A stretch of 64,000 bases of DNA from an uncultured Thermoleophilaceae bacterium (GCA_963722705.1 CAVRNY010000006.1:631440-695439), one strand, 5' to 3'. Counted from the stretch's first letter, positions 11,671 through 25,080 are shown. The notes: a model not told the origin generated them from the letters alone. Made by a program: numbers and translations.

Positions 11671-11672
11671 CC

Positions 11673-12074
11673 ATGGCGCCGCCGCCCGGCGATGGTCGCT
11701 CCGGCCCGCGCCGCAAACGCCGCCGGCTGTCGCGCAGCGGCGAGTTCGACCGTGTCTACCGCGAGGGACGCTCGCACGCCTCCCGCTACCTCGTCCTCTA
11801 CTCCTTCCCGCGCGCGAGCGACCAGGAGGGCCCCCGCCTCGGCATCTCGGTGGGCCGCAAGATCGGCGGGGCCGTCGACCGCAACAGGGTGAAGCGGCTG
11901 CTGAAGGAGGCCTTCTGGGGCTCCGCCGAGGACCTCCCCGAGGGCCACGACTTCGTGATCGTCGCCCGCCCGGACGCCGGTGGGCTTGCGGCCGAGCGGG
12001 GCGAGGAGGGGATCGCGGAGGCGCTGCGACACCTCCTCACGGAGGCCGGCATGGCGCACAGCGAGGAACGGTGA
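11673..12074 (+). CDS. rnpA: Ribonuclease P protein component
   Basis: 133-aa ORF with motif GISVGRKIGGAVDRNRVKRLLKEAF. Order is rpmH-rnpA. Confidence 0.9.
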   Translation: MAPPPGDGRSGPRRKRRRLSRSGEFDRVYREGRSHASRYLVLYSFPRASDQEGPRLGISVGRKIGGAVDRNRVKRLLKEAFWGSAEDLPEGHDFVIVARPDAGGLAAERGEEGIAEALRHLLTEAGMAHSEER

Positions 12075-12316
12075 CAGCGCTGCGCGCGATCGCGGTGGCG
12101 CCCGTGCGCCTCTACCAGCGGGCGATATCGCCGGCGCTGCCCAAGCGCTGCAAGTACCATCCGTCCTGCTCGCAGTACGCGGTCACCGCGGTACGGCAGT
12201 ACGGCATACTGCGGGGCCTGGTCCTGTCCGCCTGGCGTCTCCTACGCTGCAACCCCTGGAGCCACGGCGGCGTCGACTTCGTCGAGGACCAGAAGCTCTT
12301 CCGCACGCGTGCCTAA
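12071..12316 (+). CDS. yidD: Membrane protein insertion efficiency factor YidD
   Basis: 81-aa ORF with motif YQRAISP...CKYHPSCSQYA. GTGA overlap with the rnpA stop. Confidence 0.9.
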   Translation: MTALRAIAVAPVRLYQRAISPALPKRCKYHPSCSQYAVTAVRQYGILRGLVLSAWRLLRCNPWSHGGVDFVEDQKLFRTRA

Positions 12317-12319
12317 ACG

Positions 12320-13161
12320 ATGATCCAGCCGGCAATCATTCCCCAGTCCGCACTGGATGTCCTGAACGACATCCTCTCCTTCTGGGAGGGCATCACCACA
12401 GCTGGGGCGTCGCGATCATCCTCCTGACGTTCACGATCCGGCTCTTCATCCTGCCGCTCACCTTCAGGTCGGTGAAGTCGATGCAGAAGCTCCAGGTGCT
12501 CCAGCCGGAGATGAAGAAGATCCAGGAGCGCTACAAGGACGACCGGCAGCGCATGAACCAGGAGATGATGCGCTTCTACCAGGAGAACAAGGTCAATCCC
12601 CTGGGCTCCTGCCTCCCGCTCCTGCTCCAGATCCCGTTCTTCATCGCTCTCTTCGAGCTGCTCCGCAGCTCGTCCTTCAAGGCGGAGATCGAGGGCGACG
12701 AGAGCTTCCTCTTCATCCCCGACCTGGCCGAGCCGCTCACCGGCGAGCCGCTCATCCTCGCCTTCATGGTCGTGCTCTACGTGGGCACCCAGCTGATCGC
12801 GAGCATGATCACGATGGTCGGCGGCGACAAGACCCAGCAGCGGATCATGTTCGCGCTCCCGTTCGTATTCACGATCTTCATCATCAACTTCGAGGCGGGT
12901 CTGATCGTCTACTGGATCACCACCAACGTCTGGACGATCGGACAGCAGCTCGTGGTGCGCAAGCTCTACCCCAAGCCCCAGGTGCTGGCGGAGACCGGCA
13001 AGGGAGAGGCCGCCGAGGGCGCCGACGGCGGGAAGCCCGCGAGGGGCAAGCCGGCGGGCGCCGCGGCGGCAGTGCCCACCGACGGTGCAAACGGCGGGCC
13101 GAAGAAGGCGCCGCCCTCCTCGCCGCGCAAGAAGAAGAAGCGCTCCGGCCGGCGCCGGTAG
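12320..13161 (+). pseudogene. yidC: Membrane protein insertase YidC (one frame break near the N-terminus as sequenced)
   Basis: ATG 12320 gives MIQPAIIPQSALDVLNDILSFWEGITT and then runs into a stop. The YidC core continues in the -1 frame (frame of track ORF 11980..13161): SWGVAIILLTFTIRLFILPLT, MQKLQVLQPEMKKIQERYKDD, NPLGSCLPLLLQIPFF. The break is near 12395..12405. Confidence 0.85.
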
Positions 13162-13174
13162 CCTCCTCGCTCGG

Positions 13175-13888
13175 ATGACCTCCGCTCTGGACAGCGAAGG
13201 CGGGAAGAGCTCCCGGGAGACGAAGGTCGAGGCCGAAGGCGGGTCGCTGGGCGAGGCCAAGTGGAGCGCGATGAAGGAGCTCGAGCCGCGCTTCCCCGGA
13301 ATCACGGTCGAGTGCGTGCGATTCGAGGTGCTGGCCGAGGGCGACGGCGAGGAGCCGGCCAAGGTGCGCGGCGAGGTCGACCTCGAGGCGTGGCGCGACG
13401 CGGCGGACGCCGATCTCCCGGAGGAGCCCGCCGAGCGGCTCAGGGCGGTCGTCACCCGGGTCGTGCAGGAGCTCGGCCTGCGCGGGACCGTGGACGTGGA
13501 GGAGACCGACGAGGAGATCCGGGCGACGGTGAACGGCGATGACCTGGGGCTCCTGATCGGCAAGCACGGGGCCACGATCGACGCGCTGCAGCACGTCGGC
13601 ATGCGCGTGGCGCTGCGCGGCGGCGAGCGAAAGCAGGTGACCGTGGACGCCGCCGGCTACCGCGAGCGGCGCGAGACGGCACTCCACCGCGCCGCCGACC
13701 GCGCCGTGACGGACGCCCTGCGCTACGACCGCCCGGTGGAGCTCGAGCCGATGCGAGCGCTCGAGCGAAAGGTGGTGCACAACTACCTCGCCGAGCGCAC
13801 GGACATCGAGACGCACAGCGAGGGCGATGAGCCCGACCGCCGGCTGGTGGTCACGCCCGTGCGCTCCGGCGGCGGGTCCCTGGACTGA
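13175..13888 (+). CDS. jag: Jag/KhpB-like RNA-binding protein (KH + R3H)
   Basis: Frame of track ORF 13085..13888, starting at ATG 13175. KH GXXG motif LLIGKHGATIDALQ and an R3H-like region ERKVVHNYLAE. Position is yidC-jag-rsmG. Confidence 0.85.
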   Translation: MTSALDSEGGKSSRETKVEAEGGSLGEAKWSAMKELEPRFPGITVECVRFEVLAEGDGEEPAKVRGEVDLEAWRDAADADLPEEPAERLRAVVTRVVQELGLRGTVDVEETDEEIRATVNGDDLGLLIGKHGATIDALQHVGMRVALRGGERKQVTVDAAGYRERRETALHRAADRAVTDALRYDRPVELEPMRALERKVVHNYLAERTDIETHSEGDEPDRRLVVTPVRSGGGSLD

Positions 13889-13889
13889 G

Positions 13890-13905
13890 CGTTTCACGGG
13901 AAACG
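13890..13905. promoter_or_regulatory. parS-like centromere site (cGTTTCACGGGAAACg) at the jag/rsmG junction
   Basis: Same 16-mer as 9736..9751. It starts 2 nt after the jag stop (TGA 13886..13888) and lies in frame just upstream of the rsmG start, reading VSRET. Confidence 0.7.
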
Positions 13906-13917
13906 CTCGCGGCGCTG

Positions 13918-14595
13918 GTGGACCGCTACGGCCTGCCCGCGGACGCGGTCGGGCGCTTCGAGCGGCTCCTCGAGGCCCTGGAGGCGGAGCCCGACCCACC
14001 CACGACCGTGAGGGCCTCCGCGCCCGCCGCGGACCGCCACGTGGCCGACAGCCTGACCGGGCTCGACGTGGAGGGGCTGGCGAAGGCCGGGCGGATCGCT
14101 GACGTTGGGGCGGGGGCCGGCTTCCCGGGCCTCGTCCTCGCGGCCGCGCTGCCCGGCGCGCGCGTGGATCTGATCGAATCGACGGCCCGCAAGTGCGAGG
14201 TGATCACCCGGCTCGCGAACGCCGCGGACATCCCCAACGCCCACGCGCTGGCCACACGGGCCGAGGAGTGGGCGTCAGAGGAGGGCCGCGACGCATACGA
14301 CGCGGTCACCGCCCGCGCCCTGGCCCCGCTCGCGGTGATCGTCGAGTACGCGGCTCCGCTCCTGAAGGAGGACGGCGTGCTGGTCGCCTGGAAGGGCTCC
14401 CGCGACGAGGCCGAGGAGGAGCGAGGGGCCGAGGCCGCCGCCGTGGTGGGCCTGGAGCCGCAAGGCGCCCGCCGCGTGGAGCCCTTCCCTGGAGCCGCAA
14501 ACAGGCACCTGCACGTCTACCGCAAAGCCGGGCCGACGCCGGAGAACCTGCCGAGGCGGCCGGGGATGGCGCGCAAGCGCCCGTTGAAGGGCTAG
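13918..14595 (+). CDS. rsmG: 16S rRNA (guanine527-N7)-methyltransferase RsmG
   Basis: Intact 225-aa ORF with SAM motif IADVGAGAGFPGLVLA. It precedes parAB. The exact start is uncertain. Confidence 0.9.
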   Translation: MDRYGLPADAVGRFERLLEALEAEPDPPTTVRASAPAADRHVADSLTGLDVEGLAKAGRIADVGAGAGFPGLVLAAALPGARVDLIESTARKCEVITRLANAADIPNAHALATRAEEWASEEGRDAYDAVTARALAPLAVIVEYAAPLLKEDGVLVAWKGSRDEAEEERGAEAAAVVGLEPQGARRVEPFPGAANRHLHVYRKAGPTPENLPRRPGMARKRPLKG

Positions 14596-14619
14596 CGACT
14601 AGGACTAGCAACTTCGAAC
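14593..14619. repeat. TAGCRAC heptamer run overlapping the rsmG stop codon
   Basis: TAGCGAC TAGGAC TAGCAAC TTCGAAC. Same family as 11466..11496 and 54858..54898. Confidence 0.55.
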
Positions 14620-14643
14620 CGGGCCGAAGGATTTCCCGGTTCG
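14615..14643. terminator. Perfect 9-bp hairpin downstream of rsmG
   Basis: CGAACCGGG, an 11-nt loop, then CCCGGTTCG. There is no T-tract, so the role (terminator or protein site) is unclear. Confidence 0.35.
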
Positions 14644-14692
14644 CCCCCGAACCACACAAGACCGTCCGCTTCGCGGACTACCTTCACTCCCG

Positions 14693-15453
14693 ATGGGCGC
14701 CGTCTACGCAATCGCCAACCAGAAGGGTGGCGTGGGGAAGACCACGACCGCCGTGAACCTCGCCGCGAGCGTCGCCGACGCGGGTCACCGAACGCTGCTC
14801 GTTGACCTCGATCCGCAGTGCAACGCGACTGTCGGGGTGGGCCTCGACAAGCACGACGACGACAACGTCTACGAGGTCCTCGCGGGCGGGTTGCCGCTCG
14901 AACAGGCCACGCGAGGCACCTCGATCGAGCACCTGGACGCGGTGCCGTCGACCCCGGAGCTCGCCGGCGCCAACGTCGAGCTGCCGCGCATGGCGGGCTC
15001 GGAGACGCGCCTGCAAGGAGTCGCTCGGCGACGTCCGCGAGCGCTACCTGTTCACCATCCTCGACTGCCCGCCCTCGCTCGGGCCGCTCACGGTGAACGC
15101 GCTGGTCGCGGCGGACCGGGTGCTGGTGCCGGTGCAGACGGAGTACTTCGCCCTCGAGGGGCTCGCCGGGCTGCTCGACACGCTCTCGCTGATCCAGCGC
15201 GAGCTCAACCCGCGCGCTCACCGTGGCGGGGATGATCCTCACGATGCACGACGGGCGCACGCGCCTCGCCCAGGACGTGGAGCGCGAGGTCCGCGAGCAC
15301 TTCCCCGACCTCGTCTTCGACACCGTGATCCCCCGCAACGTCCGGCTCGGAGAGGCGCCCAGCTTCGGCCTCCCGGTGATCCGCCACTCGCCGCGCAGCT
15401 CCGGCTCCGCGGCTTATCTGAAGCTGGCCAAGGAGGTGGCGAGCCGTGCCTGA
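14693..15453 (+). pseudogene. parA: Chromosome partitioning ATPase ParA/Soj (two frame breaks as sequenced)
   Basis: Three frame segments. First, [24 protein letters not shown]...ETRL. Second, [30 protein letters not shown]...ELNPR. Third, track ORF 15223..15453 with [14 protein letters not shown]...[15 protein letters not shown]. The breaks at about 15014 and 15216 each behave as one extra base when lengths are compared with B. subtilis Soj. Confidence 0.9.
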
Positions 15454-15506
15454 CCCCCGGCCGAGGGCGAGTCCGTGAGTCCGACCCGAAGTCCCCGCCG
15501 CGTGGC

Positions 15507-16395
15507 ATGGGCCGCGGCCTGGCCGCGATCCTCCCGCGCTCCCGCGCCGACGAGCCCGGCCTGCGCGAGCTCGGCGGTCGACGTGGTCCGCCCGAACCCC
15601 CGCCAGCCCCGGCGCGACTTCGACGAGGAGGCGCTCCTGGCGCTCGCCGAGTCGATCCGCTCGCGAGGCCTGCTCCAGCCGATCGTCGTGCGCCCACTCG
15701 CCGGAGGCACGTTCGAGCTCGTCGCGGGCGAGCGGCGGCTGCGCGCCGCGCGGCTCGCCGGCCTCGAGCGGCTGCCGGCCGTGGTGCGGGACGCCGAGGA
15801 CTGGGAGCGGCTGGACCTAGCGCTCGCCGAGAACATGGCCCGGGTCGACCTCAACCCGATCGAGGAGGCGCGCGCGTGCGCGATGCTGGTCGAGGACCTC
15901 GGCCTCACGAAGGGCGAGGTGGGCCGCCGGGTCGGCAAGAGCCGGGTCGCGGTCTCCAACCTGATCCGCCTGCTCGAGCTGCCCGACGAGGCGCTCGAGC
16001 TCATCGAGGCCGGCGCCCTGAGCGAGGGACACGGCAGGGCGATCCTGCTGTCGAAGGACCACGAGCGAGCGCAAGCGGCTCGCCCGCGAGGCGCGCGACG
16101 GCGGCTGGTCTGTCCGCGAGACCGAGCGCCGCGCCCGGCGCGTCGAGCAGGACCGCGCGCGAAGCCGGCCGAGGAAAGGTGGAGCTGCACCCGGACCTCG
16201 CCGACGCGCTCGCGCGCGGCCGAGGACGCCCTCCAGGCGGCGCTCGGCACCGAGGTGAAGGTGCGCGCCCGCGGCACCGGCTGCCGGGCCGAGATCGACT
16301 TCGACGATCCCGCCGAGGCGATCGCCCTCGCGGAGCGCTGCTGCGCGCCGCGGCGGAGCCCCCGAGGCCCGGGCCGACTAGCGGCCGATCGCTAG
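15507..16395 (+). pseudogene. parB: Chromosome partitioning protein ParB/Spo0J (about five frame breaks as sequenced)
   Basis: [12 protein letters not shown]...GLREL in one frame. [20 protein letters not shown]...[20 protein letters not shown]...GHGRAILL in the next. Then [38 protein letters not shown] and [28 protein letters not shown] in shifting frames. Both ends are approximate. Confidence 0.85.
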
Positions 16396-16414
16396 AATCG
16401 CCCGCGCTCCGCGA

Positions 16415-16488
16415 GGGCGATTAGCTCAGTCGGTTAGAGCGCGTCTCTGATAAGGACGAGGTCCCTGGTTCGAGTCCAGGATCGCCCA
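16415..16488 (+). tRNA. tRNA-Ile (anticodon GAT)
   Basis: Acceptor stem GGGCGAT/ATCGCCC, D-arm AGCTCAGTCGGTTAGAGC, anticodon loop CTGATAA, T-arm GGTTCGAGTCC. CCA is not encoded. Confidence 0.9.
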
Positions 16489-16653
16489 TCTCGCGCGCCG
16501 TGGGACGTCGCATCGCTGTGTCCTCGGTCGCTCGCCTGCCGTGCACGGCTTCGCTCCCTGCGTCCTTGCGCGCCTCGCCCCACGGGCGCGAGCTCGTGGG
16601 CTTTCAGCTCGCAGCCGCCGTCACTCGAGCCGGTCCGCAGCCATGACTAGACT

Positions 16654-19527
<2,874 letters not shown>

Positions 19528-19638
19528 GGTGCGTCGTTCGCCGCTGCGGCGGGCGTCCTCGCGGCAGCGCCGGGCCGCTTCCCGCGGTCGTCTATCGTCA
19601 CGCGTCGCAGCGTACCGGCCACCCGCTCGCCCGCAGCC

Positions 19639-20224
19639 ATGAGCCTCGTCCTCGACATCGGCCAGGGCGCCGGCCTCGCCGGCGCCACGGGCGTGCGGCC
19701 GTTCCTGCCGCCGCTGCTGGCGGGCGCGCTGGCGCGCGGCGACATCGGGCATCGACTTCGACGGCTCGCGGCTGGCAGTTCCTCGAGAGCCCGGCTTCCT
19801 GCTGGCGGTCGTCGGCCTGGCGGCGGTTTCGTACGTGGCCGAACGTTCGGGGGCGAACCGTCGCGACGCTGGCGATCGCGGACCTGGCGGCTGGTCGCCG
19901 TGGTGCTCGGGCGCGCTGCTGTTCGCCGGGCTCGCTGGCGGCGGGCGGCCACGCCGGTGCCGGGCCTGGTCGGCGGGGCCGCTGTGCGCGGCGCTCGCCT
20001 GCGCGGCGGTGGGCGGCCTGCTCGAGCGCGCGGCCGGCGGCTCGACGACGGCGCCGCCGGGTTGCTGGCCGTCTACGCCGACGCCGCGGCGCTCGTGCTG
20101 GCGGCGATCGCGATCTTCGTCGCCGCCGGTCGCGTTCCTGGCGCTGGCCGCGTTCGTGGTGCTGCTCGTCCGGGGCGGCGGCAGCGGCGACCGCAAGTAC
20201 GCGGGCCTGCGGATCCTGCGGTGA
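19639..20224 (+). pseudogene. DUF4126-like membrane protein (several frame breaks)
   Basis: MSLVLDIGQGAGLAGATGVRPFLPPLLAGALARGDIG, then IDFDGS, GWQFLESP and GFLLAVVGLAAVSYVAERSG in other frames. The tail reads VAFLALAAFVVLLVRGGGSGDRKYAGLRILR. Confidence 0.65.
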
Positions 20225-21720
20225 GCGCCGGCCACGGCCCAAGAAGCTCGTCCTGGCGGTGATCGACGCGCTCGACCCGGGGCGCTGGAGCAGGCGGTCG
20301 CGGACGGACAGGCGCCCGCGCTGGCGGCGCTGATGGAGCGACGGCACCTACGTCGCCGACTGCGTGTCCACGTTCCCGTCGGTCACCCCCGTGGCGGCCT
20401 CGGCGCATCGCCACCGGCCTCGGGCCCGGCCGAGCACCTGATCCCCTCGATGAACTGGTACCACCGCGGCGAGGAGCGCTACGTGGAGTACGGCACGTCG
20501 TTCCCGGCGACGCGCGCGTTCGGCGTCTTCCGCTCGCTCCAGGACACCGTCTACAACATGAACCTGGCGCACCTGACCCAGGACCGCCGGACCGTGTTCG
20601 AGCACCTCGACGACGCCGGCGTGCGCACCGCCTGCACCACCTACCTGATCTACCGCGGCCGCCACCGCCACGAGCCCTCGCGGCGACTCGCCCTACCGCC
20701 GGCTCGCCGAGGCGGCGCAGTTCCGGCACGCGGTCTGGGGCGCGCGCGAGCTCTTCTACGCCGACCTGTTCGACTCCCGCAACACCGGCTGCTCCTCGAC
20801 GCTCGGCATGCCGGGCCAGCGCGACCGCCACGCCGGCTGCGTGGGCGCGCACCTGGTGGAGAACGACCTGTTCGACTTCCTGCTGTTCTCGCTGCCCGAC
20901 AACGACACCTACTCGCACCGGGCGGGCCCGACGAGCCAGGCCGATGTCGATCGCCGAGGCCGACCGCGCGCTCGACCGGCTGATGCACGCCGGCGGCGGC
21001 CCGGACGCGTTCCTGGACGAGCACGCGGTGATCGTGATGTCCGACCACTCGCAGAACCGCGTCGAGACGCGCGATCAACCTGGCCGACGCGCTCGACCGA
21101 CTGGCGCGTGCTGCTGCCCTCCGACCCCGAGCCCGAGGAGGCCGAGATCGCGGTGTGCCCGGGCGCGCGCGCTCGGCGCAGGTCTACGTGCTCGACGAGA
21201 CGCGGCGCGACGGCTGGCCGCGCGAGCTGGCCGACGACCTGCGCGGACGTCGACGGGCGTCGACCTGGTGGCCCGGCGCGAGAACGGCGACGGCGTGGTG
21301 CTGGAGCGCGCGCGGCGAGCTGCGCTTCCGGCCCGGGCGGCGACCTGACCGACGCCCGCGGGCAGCGGCTGGACCGTGGAGGGCGACTCGCCGCGCTCGA
21401 CCTCGCGGTGGACGACGGCGCGGTGCGCAGCGGCGACTACCCGGACGCGCTGCGGCCGGCTGTGGTCGGCGCTCGAGTGCCCGCGCACGGGCGACGTGCT
21501 GGTGTCGGCCGAGCCGGGCTACGAGTTCGTCGACTGGGGCGGCGCCGACCACGTGGGCGGGCGGCAGCCACGGCTCGCTGCACCGCGTGCGACTCGCTCG
21601 GCGTGCTGCTGACCTGCGGGATCGGACCGGCCGACGCGGGCGAGCGCGAGCAGTGGGCGATCGAGGACGTGACCCCGCATGGTGCTGGACCACTTCGGGG
21701 TACCTCGTGCCGCATGCCGA
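20221..21720 (+). pseudogene. Alkaline-phosphatase-superfamily protein (nucleotide pyrophosphatase/phosphodiesterase-like; many frame breaks)
   Basis: GTG 20221 overlaps the upstream stop. Motifs: KKLVLAVIDALDPG, CVSTFPSVTPVA, IPSMNWYHRGEERYVEYG, LFSLPDNDTYSHRAGP, VIVMSDHSQ, GGSHGSLH. The 3' end is unresolved. Confidence 0.65.
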
Positions 21721-21761
21721 GCCGAGCCCGCCTGCGCACGCACGCGTGCGTGCGCGCGGGC

Positions 21762-22166
21762 ATGCGCCGCCAGCCACAACTGGGTCCAGCTGGTGAAGTT
21801 CTGCGCGGTCGGCGGATCGGGCTACGTGGTGAACCTGGCCGTGTTCACCCTCGCGGTCGAGGTCGCCGGGCTTCACCATCTGGTGGCGGCGACCGCTGGC
21901 GTTCGTGGTGGCCGTGACCAACAACTTCTGGTGGAACCGGCACTGGACATTCGGCGCGCGAGACGGCCACGCGGGCTTCCAGGCCGCGCGCTTCTTCACG
22001 GTCAGCGTCGGGGCGTTCCTGTTCGGCGGCCGCGATCCTGGAGCTGCTGGTGACCGGCGCCGACATGGCGGAGATCCCCGCCCAGGCGATCTCGATCGTC
22101 GCGGCCACGCCGCTGAACTTCGTCGGGAACAAGATGTGGAGCTTCGGCCGGCGTCCCGCACCCTGA
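21762..22166 (+). pseudogene. GtrA family membrane protein (frame breaks)
   Basis: ATG 21762. WVQLVKFCAVGGSGYVVNLAVFTLAV, NNFWWNRHWTFG and ISIVAATPLNFVGNKMWSF lie in different frames. TGA is at 22164..22166. Confidence 0.72.
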
Positions 22167-23870
22167 GCCGCCTCCGCACGGCCGCTCGCCTCGCCGCGGT
22201 GCTGCTCGCGCTGGCCGCGGGCTCTGCGGCGCTGCCGCGCGGACGCCGAGGCCAAGCCCGAGCTCGTGCGGCCGGCCTCGCAGACGAGCCTCCGCGCGGC
22301 TACGAGCTGAGCGCGCGCCAGGCGATCCGGCTCGCGTCGGCCGGCGGAGAAGGTGCGCGGCGAGCGCCCGCGGCACCGCGAGTTCGGGCCCACCGCCTAC
22401 ACGCGCGGCCCCGGCCGCTGGCAGGTGAGCTGGTTCGACGCGGAAGCGCGAGGTCGCCCAGGTGCGCCTGGACGACTCGACCGGAGCGATCCTGGAGCAG
22501 TGGACCGGCGACCAGGTCGCGTGGACGATGGCGCGCGGGTACGAGGGGGCGTTCGGGCGCAAGCTCAACGCGCCGTAGGTGTGGATCCCGCTGTGCGTGC
22601 TGTTCCTCGTCCCGTTCGTCGATCCCCGACGGCCGCTGCGGATCGCTCCACCTGGACCTGCTCGTGCTGCTCGCGTTCGGCGTCTCGCACGTCTTCTTCA
22701 ACCGCGGGGAGATCGACACCTCGGTGCCCGCTCGTCTATCCGGTGCTGCTCTACCTGCTGGCCCGGCTGCTGTGGACGGGCTTCCGTCCGCGCGAGCGCC
22801 GCGGCCGCGTCGTGCCCTTCGTGCCCGCGGTCTGGCTGGCGCTCGGCGATCGTGCTGCTCGTGGGGTTCCGGGTGGGCCTGAACGTGGTGGACTCGAACG
22901 TGATCGACGTGGGCTACGCGGGAGTGATCGGCGCCGACCGGATAGCGGACGGCGACCCGCTCTACGGCCCCGGGTTCAGCGAGGACGTGCAGAGCGCGGG
23001 GACACCTACGGGCCGGTCAACGTACCTGGCCGTACGTCCCCTTCGAGCAGGCGCTGCCGTGGAGCGGGCGCTGGGACGACCTGCCCGCGGCGCACGGCGC
23101 CGCGCTCGCGTTCGACCTGCTCACGCTGCTCGGCCTGGTCGCTGCTCGGGCAGGCGGCTGCGACCCGGCCGCGACGGGTCGTGAGCTGGGCCTCGCGCTC
23201 GGCTTCGCGTGGGCCGCCTACCCCTACGCGCTGTTCGCGCTCGAGACGAACTCCAACGACTCGCTCGTCGCGCATGCTCACGGTGCTTGCGATGCTCGCC
23301 CTCACACTCGCGCCGGCGCGCGAGCGGGCGGCCGCGCTCGCCAGCGGCGCCGCGGTGGCGCTCGGCGGCGGCGGCCAAGTTCGCGCCCCTGGCGCTGGCG
23401 CCGCTGTTCGCCACGGCCGGCGCCGCGGCCGGTCGATGGCGGCGGGCCGCTTCTCTTCGCCGCGGCGCTGGCCGTCGTGCTGGTGGCCGTCTTCGCCCCG
23501 TTCGTGCCCGACGGCGGCCTGCGCGAGCTCTACGACCGCACGGTCGGCTACCAGGCCTCGCGGCCGTCGCCGTTCAGCGTCTGGGGCCAGTCGAGTCGCT
23601 CGACTGGCTCCAGACCGCGGTCAAGGCGGCGGCCGTCGCGCTGGCCCTGCTGGTGGCGTTCGTGCCGCGGCGGCAGGACCTGGTCCAGGTGGCCGCCCTC
23701 GGCGCCGCCGTGCTGATCGCGGTCCAGCTGACGGCGCCACGCACTGGTTCTACCTCTACATCGTCTGGTTCGCGCCGCTCGGCGCTCGTGGCGCTCATGG
23801 CGCCCTGGCGCACCGGCCGGCGAGCCGGCGAGGCGCGCGCCCGGGCCCGCGACCGCGCACGACCGGACCG
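22136..23870 (+). pseudogene. Polytopic membrane protein, possible GT-C-type glycosyltransferase with an N-terminal PepSY-like segment (many frame breaks)
   Basis: Signal-like segment LRTAARLAAVLLALAAGSAAL. Then YELSARQAIRLA...WQVSWF...AQVRLDDSTGAILEQWTGDQVAWTMARGYEGAFG. Then hydrophobic blocks VWIPLCVLFLVPFVDPRRP, DLLVLLAFGVSHVFFNRGEIDTSVP, YPYALFALETNSNDSLV, HWFYLYIVWFAPL. Boundaries are approximate. Confidence 0.45.
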
Positions 23871-23872
23871 CG

Positions 23873-25080
23873 GTGGCGGCCCGCGTGGCAGGCGCGCGCG
23901 GCCGCTCGGGCTGCTGGCGGCCGGCTTCGCGCTGACCTCCTCGTGGGCCCCTGGGACGACGAGCGATCACCGACCTGCCGCTCTACTGCGCGCTACGCCG
24001 AGCCTTCCTCGACGGCGAGCTGCCCTACCGCGACGTCGCGTTCGAGTACCCGCCGCTGGCCGCGCCCGCTCCTCGCGCTGCCGGGGCTGGCGGGCACCGG
24101 CGAGGACGCCTACCGGCTCGCCTTCGCGGCGCTGGCGCTCGCGCTGGCGCGGCGCGCTGGTCCTGCTCTGCGGGCGCGCTCGCGGCGGCTGACCGGCGGC
24201 GACCGCCGCGCGCGATGCTGGCGGCGGCCGCCGCGCCGCTGCTCGCTGCGGCGCGATCGTGCGGACCCACTTCGACCTCGTGCCGGTGGTGCTCACGCTC
24301 GGCGCGCGCTTGTCGCTGCTCGTGCCGCGGGCGGCCGCGCGCTGGGCTTCGCGGTGCTGGGCGTCGGGGTCGCTGATGAAGGCTGTTCCCGCTCGTGGTG
24401 GCGCCGGTGGCGCTCGCCTGGCTGCTCGCCCGCGGCGAGCGCCGCGCGGCGCTGGAGGGCGCGGCGGTCGCTGGCCGCGTCGTGGTGGCCGTGCATCGCG
24501 GCCGCCTATGCCGTCTCGCCGACGGGACCGGCGACGCCGTGCGACTACCACCTGGACCGCCCGGTCCAGGTGGAGAGCTCGCCGGCCTCGGTGGTGCTGG
24601 CCTCGACTCGCTCGGGCGCCGGCGAGGCGCCGCGTGCGAGGACGAGCTTCCGCTCCGACGGGCTCCGGCATCCCGCGGCCGCCGCCGGTCACCGCCGCTG
24701 TTCGCCGCGCTGCTCGTGGCGGCGGTCGCGCTGCTCGCGTGTCGGCGACCGTCACGCCGCGACGGCGCCGCCCGGACCGCGCGCGCGCTGGTGCTGGCCT
24801 CGCTGGCGGCCGTGGCCGCGTTCGCCGCCTTCGGCAAGGTGCTCTCGCCCGCAGTTCCTGATCTGGGTCGTCCCGCTGCGGCGCTGGCGTTGGCCTGGCG
24901 GATGCCGCGCTGGGCCGCCCTGTCGGCCTGGCCGTCGTGCTGACGCTGATCGAGTTCCCCGCCCGCTACCGCGACGTGGTGCGACCGCGACGCCGGGGGC
25001 GCTGTGCGCTCGTGGCCGTGCGCGACGCGGTGCTGGTCGGCGCGGTCTGCCTGGCGGCGCGGGAGCGTGGCTCGCTCAGC
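23873..25080 (+). pseudogene. DUF2029/GT87-like polytopic membrane protein (many frame breaks)
   Basis: DLPLYCRYAEAFLDGELPYRDVAFEYPPLAAPLLALPGL, IVRTHFDLVPVVLTLGA, VLMKAVPLVVAPVALAWLLARGERR and FGKVLSPQFLIWVVPL lie in shifting frames. Both ends are approximate. Confidence 0.45.

Noticed and set aside
16490-16592. Long-range inverted repeat (ctcgcgcgccgtggg ... ccccacgggcgcgag) after tRNA-Ile as a structured ncRNA or att site
   Set aside because: The two 7-bp halves have a 1-nt bulge and enclose 73 nt without further obvious structure. In DNA this GC-rich, such complementarity can arise by chance. There is no supporting feature.
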